This document shows, one piece after another, positions 63,200 through 64,000 of a stretch of 64,000 nucleotides of DNA. The stretch comes from an uncultured Methanosarcinaceae archaeon. Its GTDB lineage: Archaea > Halobacteriota > Methanosarcinia > Methanosarcinales > Methanosarcinaceae. The stretch lies in assembly GCA_963847185.1 (NCBI GenBank), contig CAWJYV010000010.1, forward strand, positions 640,001-704,000, written 5' to 3'. The notes under the pieces were generated by a model. The model saw nothing but the letters and a program-made list of their open reading frames with translations, was not told the origin of the DNA and made no database searches. The translations under genes and the position numbers were made by a program. Position 1 is the first letter of the stretch, and every line of letters begins with the position of its first letter.

Positions 63200-64000
63200 T
63201 TAGGATTTGATCTCTCTCTCCGTGGTCGCAATGGCATACATCTCATCGGCTTCATTCACGAGTGAAGTGGCAGTCAGCCATATATTTATCAGCCTGCCGT
63301 CTTTGGTAAGCCGCTGGGTGCGATAAGATTCCAGGACTTCAGCCCGGCCAAGCTTCTTCAATGCGGCCAACTCTTCTTCTCTCCGATTCTCAGGAACCAG
63401 GCTGCTAACATTCATCTTCAGTGCCTCGGCTTCGCTCCAGCCATAAATTTTCTCAGCTTTTGGATTCCAGGCCAGGATGTTACCCTTCACATCCTGCAAT
63501 ATTACGGCATCGCTCGAATCATTAGTCAATGCAATAAGGCGACGCATTGTTTCGGATTCTTTAAGCTTCGACTTTTTCGTCTCGGTAATATCCGTAAAGG
63601 TAATTACCGCTCCTTCGATATTGTTATCAAGGGTGCGATAGGGCCGAATTCGCATCAGGTACCAAGCATTCTCCTTGGTCTGGACTTCAATCTCTTTGGG
63701 TGTCAGATTGTCCAGTACTTCTTTTATGTCCTCTACCAGGCGATCGTAGCCTAGAAGATTGGAGACAATGTGCCCAACAGGCCTTCCCACGTCTGAAGGA
63801 ATCAGATTAATCAACTGTGTAGCTGGAGGAGTGAAGCGCATGATGCGCAGCTCATAGTCTACAAAGATGGTGCCTATGCCAGTGCCGGCTAGTAGGTTAT
63901 TCATATCGTTATTGGCTTGAGACAGATCGACCACTTTGTTTTGCAGTTCAGTATTGACGGTGCCCAATTCCTCATTGACTGATTGCAGTTCCTCCCTGGA
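63200..64000 (-). CDS. C-terminal part of a CheB/CheR-type fusion protein with PAS domains (partial)
   Basis: Frame open to the window edge: EELQSVNEELGTVNTELQ..NDMNNLL..GTIFVD..RFTP..DVGRP..RPYRT. Confidence 0.85.
   Translation of the reverse strand, partial: SREELQSVNEELGTVNTELQNKVVDLSQANNDMNNLLAGTGIGTIFVDYELRIMRFTPPATQLINLIPSDVGRPVGHIVSNLLGYDRLVEDIKEVLDNLTPKEIEVQTKENAWYLMRIRPYRTLDNNIEGAVITFTDITETKKSKLKESETMRRLIALTNDSSDAVILQDVKGNILAWNPKAEKIYGWSEAEALKMNVSSLVPENRREEELAALKKLGRAEVLESYRTQRLTKDGRLINIWLTATSLVNEADEMYAIATTEREIKS

Overview
AT-rich archaeal chromosomal segment, almost certainly Methanosarcina. This is inferred from the archaeal-type ThrRS, two aIF-1A genes, an MtrA-like corrinoid protein, HisKA_2 PAS kinases and TATA-box promoters with GGAGG(TGA) Shine-Dalgarno (SD) sites. 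It holds an intact PAS/PocR histidine kinase, part of a surface-polysaccharide locus, glycogen/glycoside hydrolases, an esterase, an Fe-ADH, several transporters and methyltransferases, an SF2 helicase and thrS. A giant PAS kinase is broken by frameshifts and an IS630 insertion, next to a CheB/CheR-type gene. Mobile DNA includes an IS701 element whose transposase frame has only an ATA start, IS630 elements, and at least three MITE families. Main observations: (1) five paralogous RGG-rich CxxC-x17-CxxC microproteins all carry the same structured ~120-nt 5' leader with an SD-sequestering hairpin, and both clusters are followed by a TTG-initiated aIF-1A gene; (2) a ~400-500-nt multi-hairpin candidate non-coding RNA at ~33.3-33.8 kb; (3) a decayed tRNA-Leu-like relic; (4) a peptide-deformylase-like HExxH protein. 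All calls were made by eye, without database searches or folding software.
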